A stretch of 64,000 nucleotides of DNA from Enoplolaimus lenunculus (GCA_030248215.1 JASANG010003711.1:496001-560000), one strand, 5' to 3'. Numbered from the stretch's first letter, positions 41,175-55,195 are shown. Numbers and translations are program-made. Notes: generated by a model from the letters alone, not told the origin.

Positions 41175-41330
41175 GGCTTTTGTAAGTCCCCCCTTCCACA
41201 TTTGAGGCTAAAGCCTAAACTTTGGTAAAGGTTAAGGAAAATGGTTAGGTTTAGGCATAAGTAAGCCTTTTCTGCAACCTAAGTCTAAACCTGAGCCTAC
41301 GCCTTTAATGGGGGGAAGTGTACAAGAACA
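41175..41330. mobile_element. MITE family C (GGCTCTTGTACAC-type TIR) with telomere-like core; related copies near 2859-3006, 12078-12216, 13586-13737 and 16506-16663
   Basis: GGCTTTTGTAAG...GTGTACAAGAACA; TSD ggataatt/ggatgatt; internal GCCTAA and TTAGG(C/T) units in both orientations. Confidence 0.65.
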
Positions 41331-42241
41331 GGATGATTTTAGTATTATACAATACTGCAAAACGTTCCTAAGGATAATACGCACTGAGTAAACATTATAC
41401 GGATCCATTGAAGTCGCCTAAGGGTATTAATTAATTATTAATTAATGTCCGCTTTCTTTGGTGTATGGACCAATGTATAACTAGGGCCGAAACACTAGTA
41501 TAGGCATACTTCGAAGCCTAAGCTTAAACCTAAGCCTAAGCCTAAACGTAAGGATAAACCTCACCGACAAAACAAAGTTCAGTAAAAGTTTGAAATTTTC
41601 TGAACTTTAGATATTCGTTCACAAAATGCAATTTCAATTTTCACATATTTTAAGCAACACGCCGACCGCTACACCACATGCAAATCGCAGAAAACGCATG
41701 TTCAATATGTATACATAGCATATGTATAATTAGTGGGTGATGTAGAACTTTCTAACAGGGTGTCGCACGATAATTGCATAAAGCTCACGAGCGAAACTAG
41801 TGACATAAAAATGCAATTTTACTACTAAATCTTATTACGATTTTTAGCTTTTGATCTCTGCTGCGTAGGCAATGGCATTGGGGGCCCACCATTTGTATTC
41901 GCAAAAGTATATAACACAAACAGTGCTCTTGCTCGCTGCGAGGATGAGAGCGATTAAAAGTTATCTAAAACACGGAGAGATTTTGAGTTCAAACAATTTA
42001 CGACCGGGAGAGTGGAAAGAGACAATTTTAATTTTTTTTCGAATACGAAAGCTACGAAACGCTGGTGGGTGTAGTTTTTTTGAAAAATTCCAAACTCCAA
42101 AAATGTTAAATTTTAATGAATGTTCGATTGATTGTACTACTTGCTATCGAGAAATGGTTTTTCTAGCGTTTGAAATTTTTGACATCGAGCTTGGACAAAG
42201 GTTGTACGTTAGAGTTTGCGTGCTATTGAACAAATTCGCCC

Positions 42242-42410
42242 ATATATACATATATAGATATATATAAATATATATAGAGATGCATAAATATATATATAAA
42301 TATATATAGATATAGATAAATATATATAAATATATATACAGATATATATAAATATATATAGATATATATAAATATATATAGATATATAAATATATATATT
42401 TATATATATT
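42242..42410. repeat. (AT)n-based compound microsatellite
   Basis: ATATATATAA/ATATATAG units. Confidence 0.95.
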
Positions 42411-43729
42411 TGCATATTATGTTGATGAATTATATATAGCTCTATGCATAGATTTATTTATTATCTAGCTGAGGACAAATAGTCGACCTTTGCACACCTG
42501 TAGATTTATGTACGCTGGAGCTAAATTTTAACTTTGAAAGGAACTATTTCCGCAATTTAGGGAATCGCAAATGGGTTTTGGCAGTAATTTAAGAACCGGC
42601 TGACCAGTCACGAGAAAATTATAACACCGTTAGACACAGCTCGTGACAAGGGTGTCACCGCAGGCGAGCATTGGGAGGCAGTGTCTTGAATTTATGTTGA
42701 CGCCCCCTTCCAAATAAACTAGGTGTAATATTAATGCAGTACCGGAGTATACTTAGGCATAAGTTTCAACAAGCAACCCCGAAAAAAGGCAGAGAAGCGG
42801 GGTACGCATTTCCTGCATATGTAAAACACATTTAGCAGTAAACTAAAAGTGAACAAGATATACCTAAAAATAGTATGAGCTGGGTTAGATAACATCATTA
42901 TTTATAAACAATATTACATATTAACATTTGAAGCTTGACTGAATTTCAAAAATGCTGTTAAGATTTAATTTGTTTGATCAAAAATGGCAGTTTTTTCATA
43001 ACGAAATGTGATATAATGTTGGAAATAAGATTTACAAAAGGAATGTTTTAAGAGTAAGTTTTAAAAATATCATGTTTTCAAAAAATGCGTACATTTGAAG
43101 AATCAATGTCCATATAGTGTTTCTAAATTTTCGCCAAAACTATATTTTATTTTCATTCTAATAAAGATATGGCTGCAATCGACCAGGAATTTCAAACCGA
43201 CAGGGATTGACTTTTAGCTGAAACCGAAACAAGTATATGCAAATGAGCTAAAAACAAATTCCTGTGTAAAAGTCAACAATAGGTACTGTAAATATCGGTT
43301 ACGAACCGCAGCGTAAAAAATGGGGCCTTTTTTCAGGGCCTAAAGTATAAGCACCATTTTTTGCCAATTTTTGTACAATTATTATGAAATTTAAATAGCT
43401 ATGTTATTAAATCTGAACAAAATTCCAGTCGACCAGATATTAACTGTTTCAAAAACATACAAAAGTCTAAAATAGGTACCCCGTAAATGAAGTGTTTCTA
43501 AAAGATACGGCCTCCAGGCCGTCTCAAAAACGTGCAGTTACAGCTTACGCCTAGCCAAAAAACGGCCGCTGACAGGGGATGTACTGTTTGCACATTTATT
43601 TTATAAGAACCCCGTACACATACTTAAATCTACGCTCATGACAATTAAGCGATGCACTGATTGCGTTTCTTTTAATGGTTACTGCCTAATAACAAACTTC
43701 ATATAAGTAGACTTAAAACTAACACTAGG

Positions 43730-43897
43730 ATGGCCTGTAGCCAGCTCACCTTGTTATGGAGGGGGGCTAAAAAGTTTTTCAGGATAGGCACATAAACAGC
43801 TTTCGATGACTTACAAGCCATCGTTGAAAGGTTTCTAGGGGGCCAAAAGTTTTTTAGGGGGCTGAGCCACCATTGCTCCTCTGTGGCTCCGGGCCCG
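43730..43897. mobile_element. hAT-like MITE
   Basis: GGCCTGTAGCCA / TGGCTCCGGGCC; TSD acactagg/atactagg; body homologous to the 8211 copy. Confidence 0.75.
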
Positions 43898-44894
43898 ATA
43901 CTAGGTCGATCGCCCCAGTGAACTTGCGGCAAACATATACGATATTAATATGGTCCCAAATGAAAAGTTAGCAAAAAATCAAATTTAACATTGAGCCAAA
44001 TCGACTACTAAAAGTTGAAAGGCAAAAAAACGTACCAGTTCAGTTCAACAAATAACCTTTCACAATGACCGATTATGAAAATACCATCGGGAATAATTCG
44101 ACATCGACTTTAAAAATATCAAAGTTCAATTGAATTTGATATTTAATACATTCTCATATCCTGCGTGAAAATTTTCGAAAATTACATTTGTAAAAAATTT
44201 GACAAAATCTCACAAGCAATAATGACGGCGACTCCAACTGGCACAGCTGAGGCTGGGTTCGTCGGTCAGAGACGGTTTTAGAAACGGTTTCAATTGTATA
44301 TAAAAACACGAAAAATCACGCTGTTTTGAAAATTTCCACAACAGAACACAACTTTTTTTCACTAAAATATTCTACTGCGCCTCTGGGTGAGATGCCTCAA
44401 TTAAACGAAACAAATACGCGTCTTCGTTGATCCCACGAGTGAACAAGACAGCGAACAGCGCAAAGAAAGACACCACCGAACAGAGCAAATTTTGGCAACA
44501 TTTTCGCCATTTTTTGTGCACATAACTAAAAGCGGTAATGACCCTGTCATGATTTAGTAGTAATACACGCGCAAAATATTCACTTAAAGCATAAAATTCG
44601 CGAACTTGAAAATAAAAACGATTTCTTGCTATCGACGCTATCTATGAAACGTTCGTCATATTTGAGAAAAATCTGATTTTTAAACACAGAGTGTCGCAAA
44701 AAATAAAATTCAAATTCCTCGTCTCAAATTTTCGTACGTTTGATACGTTTGAAGTTTGGGCATTTTTTTCTCAACATCAAAAGTCGTACTGCATACCGTT
44801 CACACATGAGCACACTGTAGCGGTTACCTTAAATTATGACATACGGATACTTGAATTAGTCCGAACACAATATATTGCTTTCTTTACAGAAAGT

Positions 44895-45051
44895 GACCCA
44901 TGTTACTCTTAAGGCCGTCCCTGTATCTGGTGGGTCTGTAAAAAAGTACGCTTACATTCTAGACTACATTTTTTTGCATATGCTAAGGCTTAGGCTTAAG
45001 GTTTAGGAATACGCTTAATCTACTGTCACGGAAATAAAAGTAACCTTGGCC
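44895..45051 (+). mobile_element. Merlin-like MITE (family A)
   Basis: GACCCATGTTACT...AAGTAACCTTGGCC; TSD cagaaagt/caggcagt; TTAGGC core. Confidence 0.8.
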
Positions 45052-45805
45052 CAGGCAGTGATGAAGAGTATTAATATAAAAAAATATTTAAAGCAACAGC
45101 AAAACTTTCAAAGCAACTTTGCTTATGTATTTGAAGCCAGTATAAACTCAGTAGAATCAAACAAATTTGGTCGATTTGAAAAATAAAAAAGAAATCGAAT
45201 AATAACGCACGCAGAATAGAGAATATGGCGTACGCCGAGGTGACGTTTTGACCTTACGAGTTTTCAATTTTGCGTTTAAATTCCTTCCAAACAGGAAACG
45301 CAATGTTCCATGTTTAGGCTGCAATTTTCAATGTTAAGCAAAACTGTGCGTCATCTCAAATCATTTCACACATCTTTCGCTTTCAAATCGAGTATATTCA
45401 TTTATGTCTTTGCCAGCAATAATTTTTTGGGATCGTAACTTGCAATCGAGTTTCATGCTAATCAAAGCTTAGAATATTGTAATGTTGCGTATTAGTGATA
45501 CGCTGAACGTTAATTTTCCCGTAGAAAATTTTAAAATCTAATTTTCAGGAACAAATTTCCTATAAAAACGGAAGCGCATTTTATACAACAATTGACAAAA
45601 AAACTTTTTAAAATTTGCCGACATCCAATGCCTTCGCGATTGTAATTTAGATAAATGACAAAAAATATATTTTAATTTGATCTCTCACAACTGATAATGA
45701 AATACATTTATTTGCTTAAATAAACAAATGCAGATTGCCAACCAACTATTCGCAGCGTAGCTTAGCAACACAAAATAGAATTTCCCCTGCGCCTGCATAC
45801 ATTTT

Positions 45806-45983
45806 GGCCAATGTATAGAACATTATATAAGAATATTTTTAATCCTAAGCCAACGCTTAGGCGTAACAATGAGTTTATACCTAAACCTTAGCTTAAGACT
45901 GAGCCAAAAACTAGTCTATAGTTTACGCTTGCCCTATTGCAGTCGCGCAGAAAATCGTTCCGCCCCTGATTTTTGCATAGGCC
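45806..45983 (-). mobile_element. Family B MITE, reverse orientation
   Basis: GGCCAATGTA...TGCATAGGCC; TSD tacatttt/cacatttc. Confidence 0.7.
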
Positions 45984-47324
45984 CACATTTCAATAGAACC
46001 ATGTACAGTATTTAAAAGTACAAATACACTGTTCAGACCAGACCTTGGGGCTGTTTTTTAACCCAAGGTCACATGCACTAAAACAATTAATTGAAACATT
46101 TTACAGACGACGCTAAAAATCATTTCGTACCCACGCTCATTTGTTAATTTTAAGTAATCAAAATTGTTAAAGTGACACGTAATTTTGCGGTTTCGGCAAC
46201 GCTTTTGAAGGTTTAAAACTGCAACGATAAAAAGCGTTTCAAACGTGATCACCTAAAGAAAAGCCAACGAATATCCAAACGGATTATGCTGTACGTCGGT
46301 CAAATATTCGCCAGTTTTTACTTCAAAAAGCGTATAAATACGAAATAATTATTTACAAATCGAACAATGTATATAATTGATGCTGCTCGTGATGTAAAAT
46401 TGTCATGTTTCATTTGTAGGTTTTGTTGTTATGAAATGTTTAGTTTGTGTCAAACCGTAACATCTGTTTTAATAAAAATATACCATTTCTGTACTCAATT
46501 AAATTTGATTGCGCATACAAACAACAACCGGAAATGTACAGAAATATATACGCTGCCTTAAAAATTAATAAAATATTTTGTATTTTGGTTTCTGTATACT
46601 TTTCTTCACATTTAGGAGTTGGCTCACTCTTACAAATCTTTCGTATGTCTTAATTTTTACCTAAGCCAGAACTTTAAATGCTGAAGAAAACTGTAGGTAC
46701 AAGGGTGCAACGGCAACCGGAGTTGAAAAATATCGGACCTGGAGGCCAACAAAACTTGCCGCAGGTGATGCTGGAGGCGATCCGAAGTTAGGTTGCTAAA
46801 TGATGTTTACCTTGCTAATTTTAGCTAATATCTTTTGGTTTTACGCTTATTTTTTGTTAAATATCGTCAATTTTTTTGCCGAAATTGTAAATAAAAGCTA
46901 AATCGAAACGCTTCAAACAAATAAATTTTGTAAAACTATGCAAAATTTTACTTCCGAAATTGCCGGAATTTCTGGTAACCGCACTATCCGAGCCTGAACC
47001 GGAAGTCGAATTTCTGCCGGAACGGGAGCACACTTCCGGTTGTACCCTGGCCGGTACTTCTTTTTTGTTGTATCTGATGACTCACCAAAAAGTAAACGTC
47101 ATATCTTTCTCGGGCTTTTTAGTGCTATCCGAGTAAAACTGCTGATTTGAAAATAGCAATTCTGGCTTGCAAAAGATACCAGGTTTGAGAGTTTTTATTG
47201 TTCAATCTTGAAATCTTTGGTGCGACGTTTAACAAGATTGTTTCTTGTAAAAACATAGGACCAGTTAAAAGGCCTATTAAACTAATTGTAACCCTAACAA
47301 TAATTGTGTGTTGGAGAAGAAATT

Positions 47325-47410
47325 GGGTCAATGTAACTTTTAGGGGTGTAACGGCAAATTAAGCGTATTCCTAAGCCTAAAGCCTAAGCCTAAGCGTTGC
47401 AAAAATGTAT
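47325..47410 (-). mobile_element. Truncated family A MITE
   Basis: ggtcaatgtaacttttag...attaagcgtattcctaagcctaaagcctaagcctaagcg matches the family A 3' half. Confidence 0.6.
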
Positions 47411-50400
47411 TGTGCGAGTTATTTATTAGTTTCATGATATTTAAAGTATTAATGAGGCTATGTCTTATGAATTGTTTATAACTTAAAGCTTTTGAGCTTA
47501 GCGTACTGAAATATTAGATTGTTTAGTGTCTTTCAAATTTTGAACACTAAACGTTCTAAAGTGTATCGTAAAATGAACTGGGTCGAAAATAACGCTATTT
47601 CAAATGCTTTTTGCGTTTCAAACAGCATTTTTTTGAAACGTGATTTTGTAACTGGATGAATTTCAGCGCTAGTTTGGCATCAATGTAAACACTTTTTGGA
47701 ACCGCGAACAGCGGTTTGTTTCTTTAACGCGATTCCTAAGTTTGCTGCCAGTCTTACGGTCATTTCGGACCATGAGCAGACGCTCAATGGACGTATTAAC
47801 TGTTTGAGGCGCCTTCACAGGCAAATTGAATGAAATAACAAGTACAAGTAGAAGCTGAAAATGTTAGTATTTATAGATGCTAACAGTGAGTCAAAGCAAG
47901 CAAAAGTAGCAAAAACATATAAAATTCTGAATGCTTCGAATCCAAATGCTATTTATCCTGTGTTTTAGCGCCGTATACTATGTTTAAAGATCTGACAGGG
48001 ACAATTAATTAATTTACCTTGAACGTTACGGCGCGATCATCAATATTAATATTCGTGTGAGGCTGTCACACCTGCAACCAGGTATTGTTAGTAGATTGGG
48101 ATAAAAATATTTCTAAGAGGACAGGGAAAATTTTGCTAACGTAGAATTTATATTCTTGCGTTGAATAGTTTTTCAGCCAGAGGGTTAAGATTTTAGTATG
48201 GGTAAGAGCGAAGTCTGCCTTGCTCCTTACAGATGCAGATCTGGTCACACCAGTTCAAAATCTGAAGCATACATTTTAGGCGTACGAAAAACAGTATGTC
48301 TATTTAACCCCGGTTAGCTCGACTAGGTTTAGTATACCAAAAGCTTTAGTAAATTTCAGTTCAATTGTGAACATTGGATTTCTGCTTAGATGCAATGTAT
48401 TGCAGAAAAAGCTAAGTAAACCCTAAAGACGTTGCGGTTTAGAATAAAGAATGCGCAAACAGATGGTACAATATGTTGTAGGTTATAAGTTACATATACT
48501 GATTTTGACTACAGCTCAGAAGTCAAATGCATAACAATTTTGCATTTTTCAACACGAAAAAAGAACTTTATGCAGGCATCGCCGTTACGCAGCTATACTT
48601 CCGCGGAAACTGAGCCAACGATATATTGAAACTTAAATTCGTGCAATTAACCAAGGAATTAAGGCGAAAGAATGAGTTGTTACAAACATAAAAGCTATTC
48701 TTTAAGTTCAAATGATAAAACAGAAAATTTTTCACCATAAAACGTAGTCAAAGCCAAAGCAAACAGTTTTCATTTTACGCAAAGTTTCCTACTTAATATA
48801 AATTTAAGCTTAAAATTAAACATTTTAAATCTAGAACGTTTCTGAAATTTTAGTTTGTTTCCGTTACCATGTGTTGACAGGGACGGGTGACCCAGTTTTT
48901 TTTGCATCTGTTGCATTTTTCACTAATCAACGAACGGGAATTTAACGCTGTCTGCCGCGGCTCGACGCAACTGTCGCGCTTGCGTGTCACAAGTATTAGA
49001 AAATTGTTTATTAAAAACACTATACAATTTAGCACCAAATTTCAAGGCGACATAATCTGCGTACTTAAATTGTAAACTGAAACGAAAACGAAAACCAATA
49101 GTGGTCAAAACAACGGAAAGCAAAAACGGAAAACAGATATTTAAGTATATAACCATTAATGTATATTTCAGGAGACACAATTGTTGTGCCCAAATATTCA
49201 CCAGGCTACCTTCCAACTGTTTTGTGACTGCTTTAACTTTCAGTAAGGATCGTAATCAGGATCTACTTCAAGAGAATACACCTTAAACTAAATGGGTTTC
49301 TACTTATACTTTGGCACATGCTACTTTGAGGTGCCCTATTAGTAGCAAAAGTGTTAAAAATGGCAAAAACGAAATCGGAAGTTTTCCTGAAAAAGGCGAA
49401 ATGAAAAATTTTTTTTCTATGCGTCGATGGGCAGCGCTTTTACGCCTCCGCACGATACCTAGATTTCTGATTTTCACTACCAAAACCTAGGTGTTTTGAA
49501 TTTTCCAGTTTTCCAGTTTACCAGACGTAACTTCCTGTCATACACTTCAAATTGTTACTAGCACACTTGGAAAAACCGAGATTTTTTAATTTTGCACTTT
49601 TTGTTTTTCAAACATATCAAAGCTTTTGATTATCTTTATTTATACCAAACCAGAGAAAATTTAGCGTGTCAAACAGTAGCGCAATTGACCCAATGCTGGC
49701 CATACACTTTACACCTTGCAAAATGGAAAACCCTGTACTATGTATGAACACTGACCGGATAAAGGCGCACTACGCACTATGGCCGATATTTTTAAATGTC
49801 TATTGCAACTACCATCAGTTAGTAATAGGTTTTCAAACTCGCTAACTATTTGTTGAACGCAAATTTGATACAGGAGTAAAGCAATACATATGCGAAAATG
49901 TGCTGAATTTTGAGCGTCAGCATTCACTGGTTCGAAAGTTACAAGTCCGATTACCAACTGGTTATAGGTGCTACACACATTTCAGAATACGGCTCATATT
50001 AAAATCAAAGTATGTTTTGGAACTTTATCTTGGCTAATTGTTATACTGCTGTAATTTTTTCATCAAATATTTCAGTTTCGTTTCAAAGTTTTAGTTCGTT
50101 TTTAATTATGAATGTGCGAAATTCTTAGATAATAAATCATACAGACTATCGCACTTGTTGATAGCACAGTATTTAAAATTACTTATAAACAAGCAATAAA
50201 GAGAGTACAAAAACGATTTAAACGATAATTACATTCCGCAATAAAGCCGCAAATGCAACAGCGAAATTCTGAGAAATACCAAATAGGCTCGATTTCAAAG
50301 TAAAAGTGTATATATAAATAATCGGCACAGCTTGCATGATGTTGACACACCTGGAAATTCGGTAAACAATTTGAGCGAAACTTTAAAACCATGCTTATGC

Positions 50401-50421
50401 GTCGGCTTGTATAGTTTGTCT

Positions 50422-50834
50422 CAGAGGTGTAAGTGGGTAAAGATTTTTTACCTGTGCGGCGCTTTGCTCGCGAAAAATTTTTTTCCGGCGGGAATACCCG
50501 CGAAAATTTGCTTACCCGTTACCCGCATTTATCCACCCTTATTTTTTCTCCTGCGTTCAATACAATTGTGTTATTTTACAGCGCATGGAAGTTACTCGCT
50601 ACTTTTGTTTCACTCATTCGGTAACAACAGATTAAAATTTTAAATTTTTCTACATTAATTGGTATAAAGTTTTTTATGAAAACATTAATTGGTTTGAAGT
50701 TTTTTATGAAAAATTTAGGCGGGTGGAAAATCACAAATTTTTACACGCGCTTTGAAATTCTTAATTCGCGGGAATACCCGAATCAAAATTTTCTTACCCG
50801 TCCTGCGTTTACACGCGGGTTGCGGGCAGCTCTG
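50422..50834. mobile_element. hAT-like element with ACCCG/CGGG subterminal motifs
   Basis: CAGAG...CTCTG ends; TSD gtttgtct/gtttttat. Confidence 0.55.
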
Positions 50835-52730
50835 GTTTTTATACCACATTTAGAGTGCTTGTAAAAACCTTGTGTAATATATCCCACTTCAAGTATTGAC
50901 CATAGTTCAATGAGAACAATTGGTAAAATCTATCCGGTACAGAAGAGACAAAAATTTATTGTAATCTTTTCAGATTGACAGCTACGCAAATATATTAAAA
51001 CACGCGCTTGGCGATACAGATTGACGCTGCGACCCAATTAGCAGATGATCAACGTGAAAGTATGATTTTACAACCAGAGAACCAACCAGTTAGACCACTT
51101 CCTTTAGATCACACCGCAGTTTACTAAACAAAATCTTTCACTATATTTTTAAATTGGTTAAGAATTTCAACTACGAAAACATAACACCTACATTTGGGCC
51201 CGTAGCGAGAGAGGGCCGAGGGCTCTCAGCCAAACAAAAAAATTTTGCTCCCCCCACGAAAAAATGTTCTTCCTGCGGTCGAGATCAATCAACTCAAGCA
51301 TGTAACTCTTAAAACTGTAAGGACTGTAAGCCGTTCCACAAATGAATTCCATCACGGTACCAGACTCGATAACTTTTAGGTTTCTAGAATTAACAAAATC
51401 GTATCAACAGCAAAAGATCTACATAATGTTTTTATGTCGGAACGCCATGAAACGTGCTACAACCGACTTGAAACACGTCTTACCACTTTTCTTAAGGTAG
51501 ACACTCTTCAAAATAGCGACCTTTCTTCAAATGTTTTAATTTTTAAAACGAATTTTCAACTTTTAGTGAAAACCACACCACATTGTCTCTCATTATTACC
51601 CCTGCGTATTATAATTCTATTTTTTCTACTACTAGTGTTTGTGCCATTTTTTGAAAGACTTGTATCAAGGCGTGGTGTGGTGTGCGCACCGCAATGAATT
51701 GTTCAATGTTCTCGTTCAAGCAAAGCGTTTTTATTTTAGTATTTCGTTACCTTGTAACAGAAAATTTTATAGCTGTTCGACGTGCTCCAAATCACCACAC
51801 AATGTCAAGCGTAATTCCGCAAATTAATTGGCAGCGATATGCCGCAGTTACAGTGCTGTCAAAAACTTAATCCAAAGTGGAAATAGCAAAATTTTGATTG
51901 TGCATACCAGCTCACTTGTATGCGATGTCGACCCGTTCTCGATTTGTTCAAAGTTTAAAAATGCCTGCAATAAAAACGACATTTGTTGACTGAGAAAACA
52001 ATATTTACGAGTCGGCTAATGCGTTGCGCTTTTTGTTTGAAGGAACCTTTAGGTTTTTTATTGGATCGAACATACACGATCTATTGTTTAAGCTCTAGCA
52101 GTTAACAGTCACTGAACTATTATTGAGAATATGATAAGAACAGAATGCAAAGGTGGGGTATTGATGTACGGTGCCAATGGCATAAAGTGACCTTAGTTTT
52201 TAAGCAAAATGAAAATAGTTGCTATCAAATGTTACACTGTAATTGTTTTTCCTCGCGCTCTTTGCCTGTGTTTGTTTTGTCTTTCGGTTGATCAGATACC
52301 TGGTATTTATGTATTCGGTTCTCTTCAGATACACTTCAAACTGGTTTTTTGAATTGCGGTAACATAATACTGTGTCCGGATTTCTTCTCTTGTGCTCAAA
52401 ATACCTTGTTCAACTAGTGCTCACGTGGTAGCTAATTAGGTCCGGTCCACACTGTCATTCCACAAAAAATTTACACTTCAAAAGCGAACTGGGAAGGTTG
52501 GTCTCAGTTCTAACTTGGGAAATAGGGTTCGACAAAGATTTCGAACCTAAACGAAAAGTCTTGCATTCAAACGCTGCTACAGGACCCGAAGAAGGAGGCT
52601 AACCGCTAAATACAATTGCTTTGTCGACAAATAAAATAATGTTAGACTTTTTGCGTTTTGTCATATGTATTACAAGAAACTTTTGGAATCATAAATTATA
52701 GATGTTCATGTCACTTGCATACCAGATACT

Positions 52731-52896
52731 TGATCAGTACTATTAACTTCGTAACAGTAGATTAAGCGTATTCCTAAGCCTAAGCCTAAGCCTAAGCTTA
52801 AACCTTAGCATAAGCAGAAATATAATCTAGAATCCAAACTTACTGTTATACAGACCCACCAGAAACTTGGACGGCGCTAAACGTGTAACACGGGCC
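52731..52896 (-). mobile_element. Merlin-like MITE (family A), reverse orientation
   Basis: Reverse complement of the family A body; four perfect CCTAAG units at 52773-52796; TSD cagatact/ccgatact. Confidence 0.8.
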
Positions 52897-54443
52897 CCGA
52901 TACTGATCCTTTTAATTTTATCGTAGTTTCAGTCGAATTGAGTTTAATATACACCGTGACGTTTAAGAAATGCATACACTTACCATATGGCGATGTCAAA
53001 TATTGAGCTGAGCATGGCTCAGACGCAGCCTAGATCGAGCGTTTGTAGAAATAATTTTTTGTGGCTTCAAGAAACATTCTGCAAACAAGCTAAATTAGCG
53101 TGTATTTCGACGACACGAATCTGACGATCATGATAATTGTTAGAGACACACCATGGTTCGCTAGTTCGCCGTTTTAAGCGCCTACGAGGTGGTTTTACGT
53201 TGTGAAGCAAGACGGCGTAACCGAAATTGGGGTTGGATGGTAAAACGCTTTCGAAAACTCAGGTTTGCTACGACAGAGACACACAGACAATATCTTTGAA
53301 AGCTAAATTCAGTCGTAATGTTAGTGACACAGCAATTGGAAACACCGACAGCTTACGCAAAAAGAATTGGAAGATAAAACTAAGAAAAAAAATGAAATGT
53401 TAGCGGAGTCTCTACAGCGCGGTGACATTGAATTGAAAACAACTCAACGTTTATCCCGTTTATATTTTGCGAGCATGCCAGCACAAGATATTTAGGGATA
53501 CAAAGCTTCTAAAAGTTATGTTTTTCGTAATCCTTCAGAGGAAGTGACCGCATGCGCATTTCTTCAGTCTTCAAGTGCTAGATGCAGTATTTTCGTGAAG
53601 ATACGCGCGCAATTGTCCAGATCCTTCAGCGGCTGTTGCCTCGAATCGATAATCAACAACACAACTCGTAGGCCTGGACACCGGCTCATGCTGTGGTTGT
53701 GGCGTACTAAGTATTGTCAGAGCGGAAAATTTTTAACCATGGAGTCTTTTTGGTGCAGCATTATTATCGGTGGACGGCTCACTGTTCGCTTGTTTTTACT
53801 TTCATTGTTTTTAAAGCCAGCTCAGACTAGACCTGGCATAGTTTGAACTCATTCTGAGCTTTAAATCCTTGAAACTATGCATCGTTCACAATAAGAAATG
53901 TTGCATTGCTACAAAAAATTTTCATCAGGAAGGGTAATGTGTCACAAATTTAAAATTAGTTCCACGTTAACGTTACCGTATAACACTTTTTGTTTGAGTT
54001 GTGCAACTGTGACAAACTGTCTGGAGTAGTTTTGCTGCGTCAAGGCAAGGCAACTTGATGAATTTTATTAGAGCAAGAGTGAATTACGCTGTTTTCGGTC
54101 CCGGTATTCACAAATTTGGTCAATTCATTGCAAGAATGTTTTCTAAATAAATGCTTCAAAAGTTACAACGAATTGATAAATTTTTATACTTTAAAAAATG
54201 GATAGTTAAAATGCAGTGGTCATAAAGATGGCAATGTGTTTAGTCAAACATTAGCAATACGCCATACTTTGTCATTTAACTCTAATGGATTAAGATAATT
54301 TATGTTCAATGTAAACTTTGAATAACTCAGGTTGGTTTATAAAATTTAAGCACTTTCTATTTGTCTAAAGTGTACAACAAAATTATACCAGTCGTAGTGG
54401 GACTACATTTATTGAGCAAAGCTCGAACACACGTAAGCAATTA

Positions 54444-54985
54444 AGGTAATATGCAAATTAGTTGTGGAGGTTTGTAAGCAATTTCCTCAGATTCCTCGCA
54501 CCCAAAAACCCTTCAGCCACCCTAATAATTTTTGGAATAATTTAAAAAGTCCTAATTTTGTCTTGTCATTTAAGCTATTAATATGCAAATTAGCTATTAG
54601 CTAACTATTCAATTATCGGTTTTGGAGGTTTGTAAATATTTGATACAGATTACTCGCACCCAAAAACCTTCAGTAAACCCTAAAAATTATTGAAATAATT
54701 TAAAAAGTCCTAATTTTGTCTTGTCATTTAAGCTAATATGCAAATTAGCTATTAGCTAACTATTCAATTATCAGCTTTGGAGGTTTGTAAACATTTGATA
54801 CAGATTCCTCGCACCCAAAAACCTTCAGTAAACCCTAAAAATTATTGAAATAATTTAAAAAGTCCTAGTTTAGTCTTGTCAATTAAGCTAATATGCAAAT
54901 TTTAGCTATTAGCTAACTAATCCATTATCGGCTTTGGAGGTTTGTAAACAGTCTACGCGGATTTCTCGCACCCAAAATCCCTTTA
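54444..54985. repeat. ~157-bp tandem repeat, ~3.5 copies
   Basis: CTCGCACCCAAAA recurs at 54495, 54653, 54808 and 54965. Confidence 0.9.
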
Positions 54986-55195
54986 ATGCTAAAATTAGAT
55001 TGCTTCTAACTGTAATAATTAGAGAAATATTGTGCAAAGACCTAATTTAGGCTTAATTAATTATGTAAATTAGCCTGTAGCTAATAAACGGCTTAAGATT
55101 TTAAATCCCCAATGCGAGGTTAACACCCCAGGATAATTGGCTTTCAAACAAAAAAAGTTTATCAAAATCGGTTCAGCCGTTCCTGAGATTCTTTT

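Noticed and set aside
41872..42415. 131-aa and 68-aa ORFs
   Set aside because: No recognisable motif; they run into or consist of the (AT)n microsatellite.
52773..52796. True telomere or chromosome end
   Set aside because: Only four perfect units, internal to a TSD-flanked MITE.
53565..53700. Minus-strand LRVVLLIIDSRQQP resembling a small-GTPase strand
   Set aside because: Short, bounded by stops, and with no G1/G3/G4 motifs.
54444..54985. Regularly spaced repeats as a CRISPR array
   Set aside because: Whole units are repeated with no unique spacers; eukaryotic context; no cas genes.
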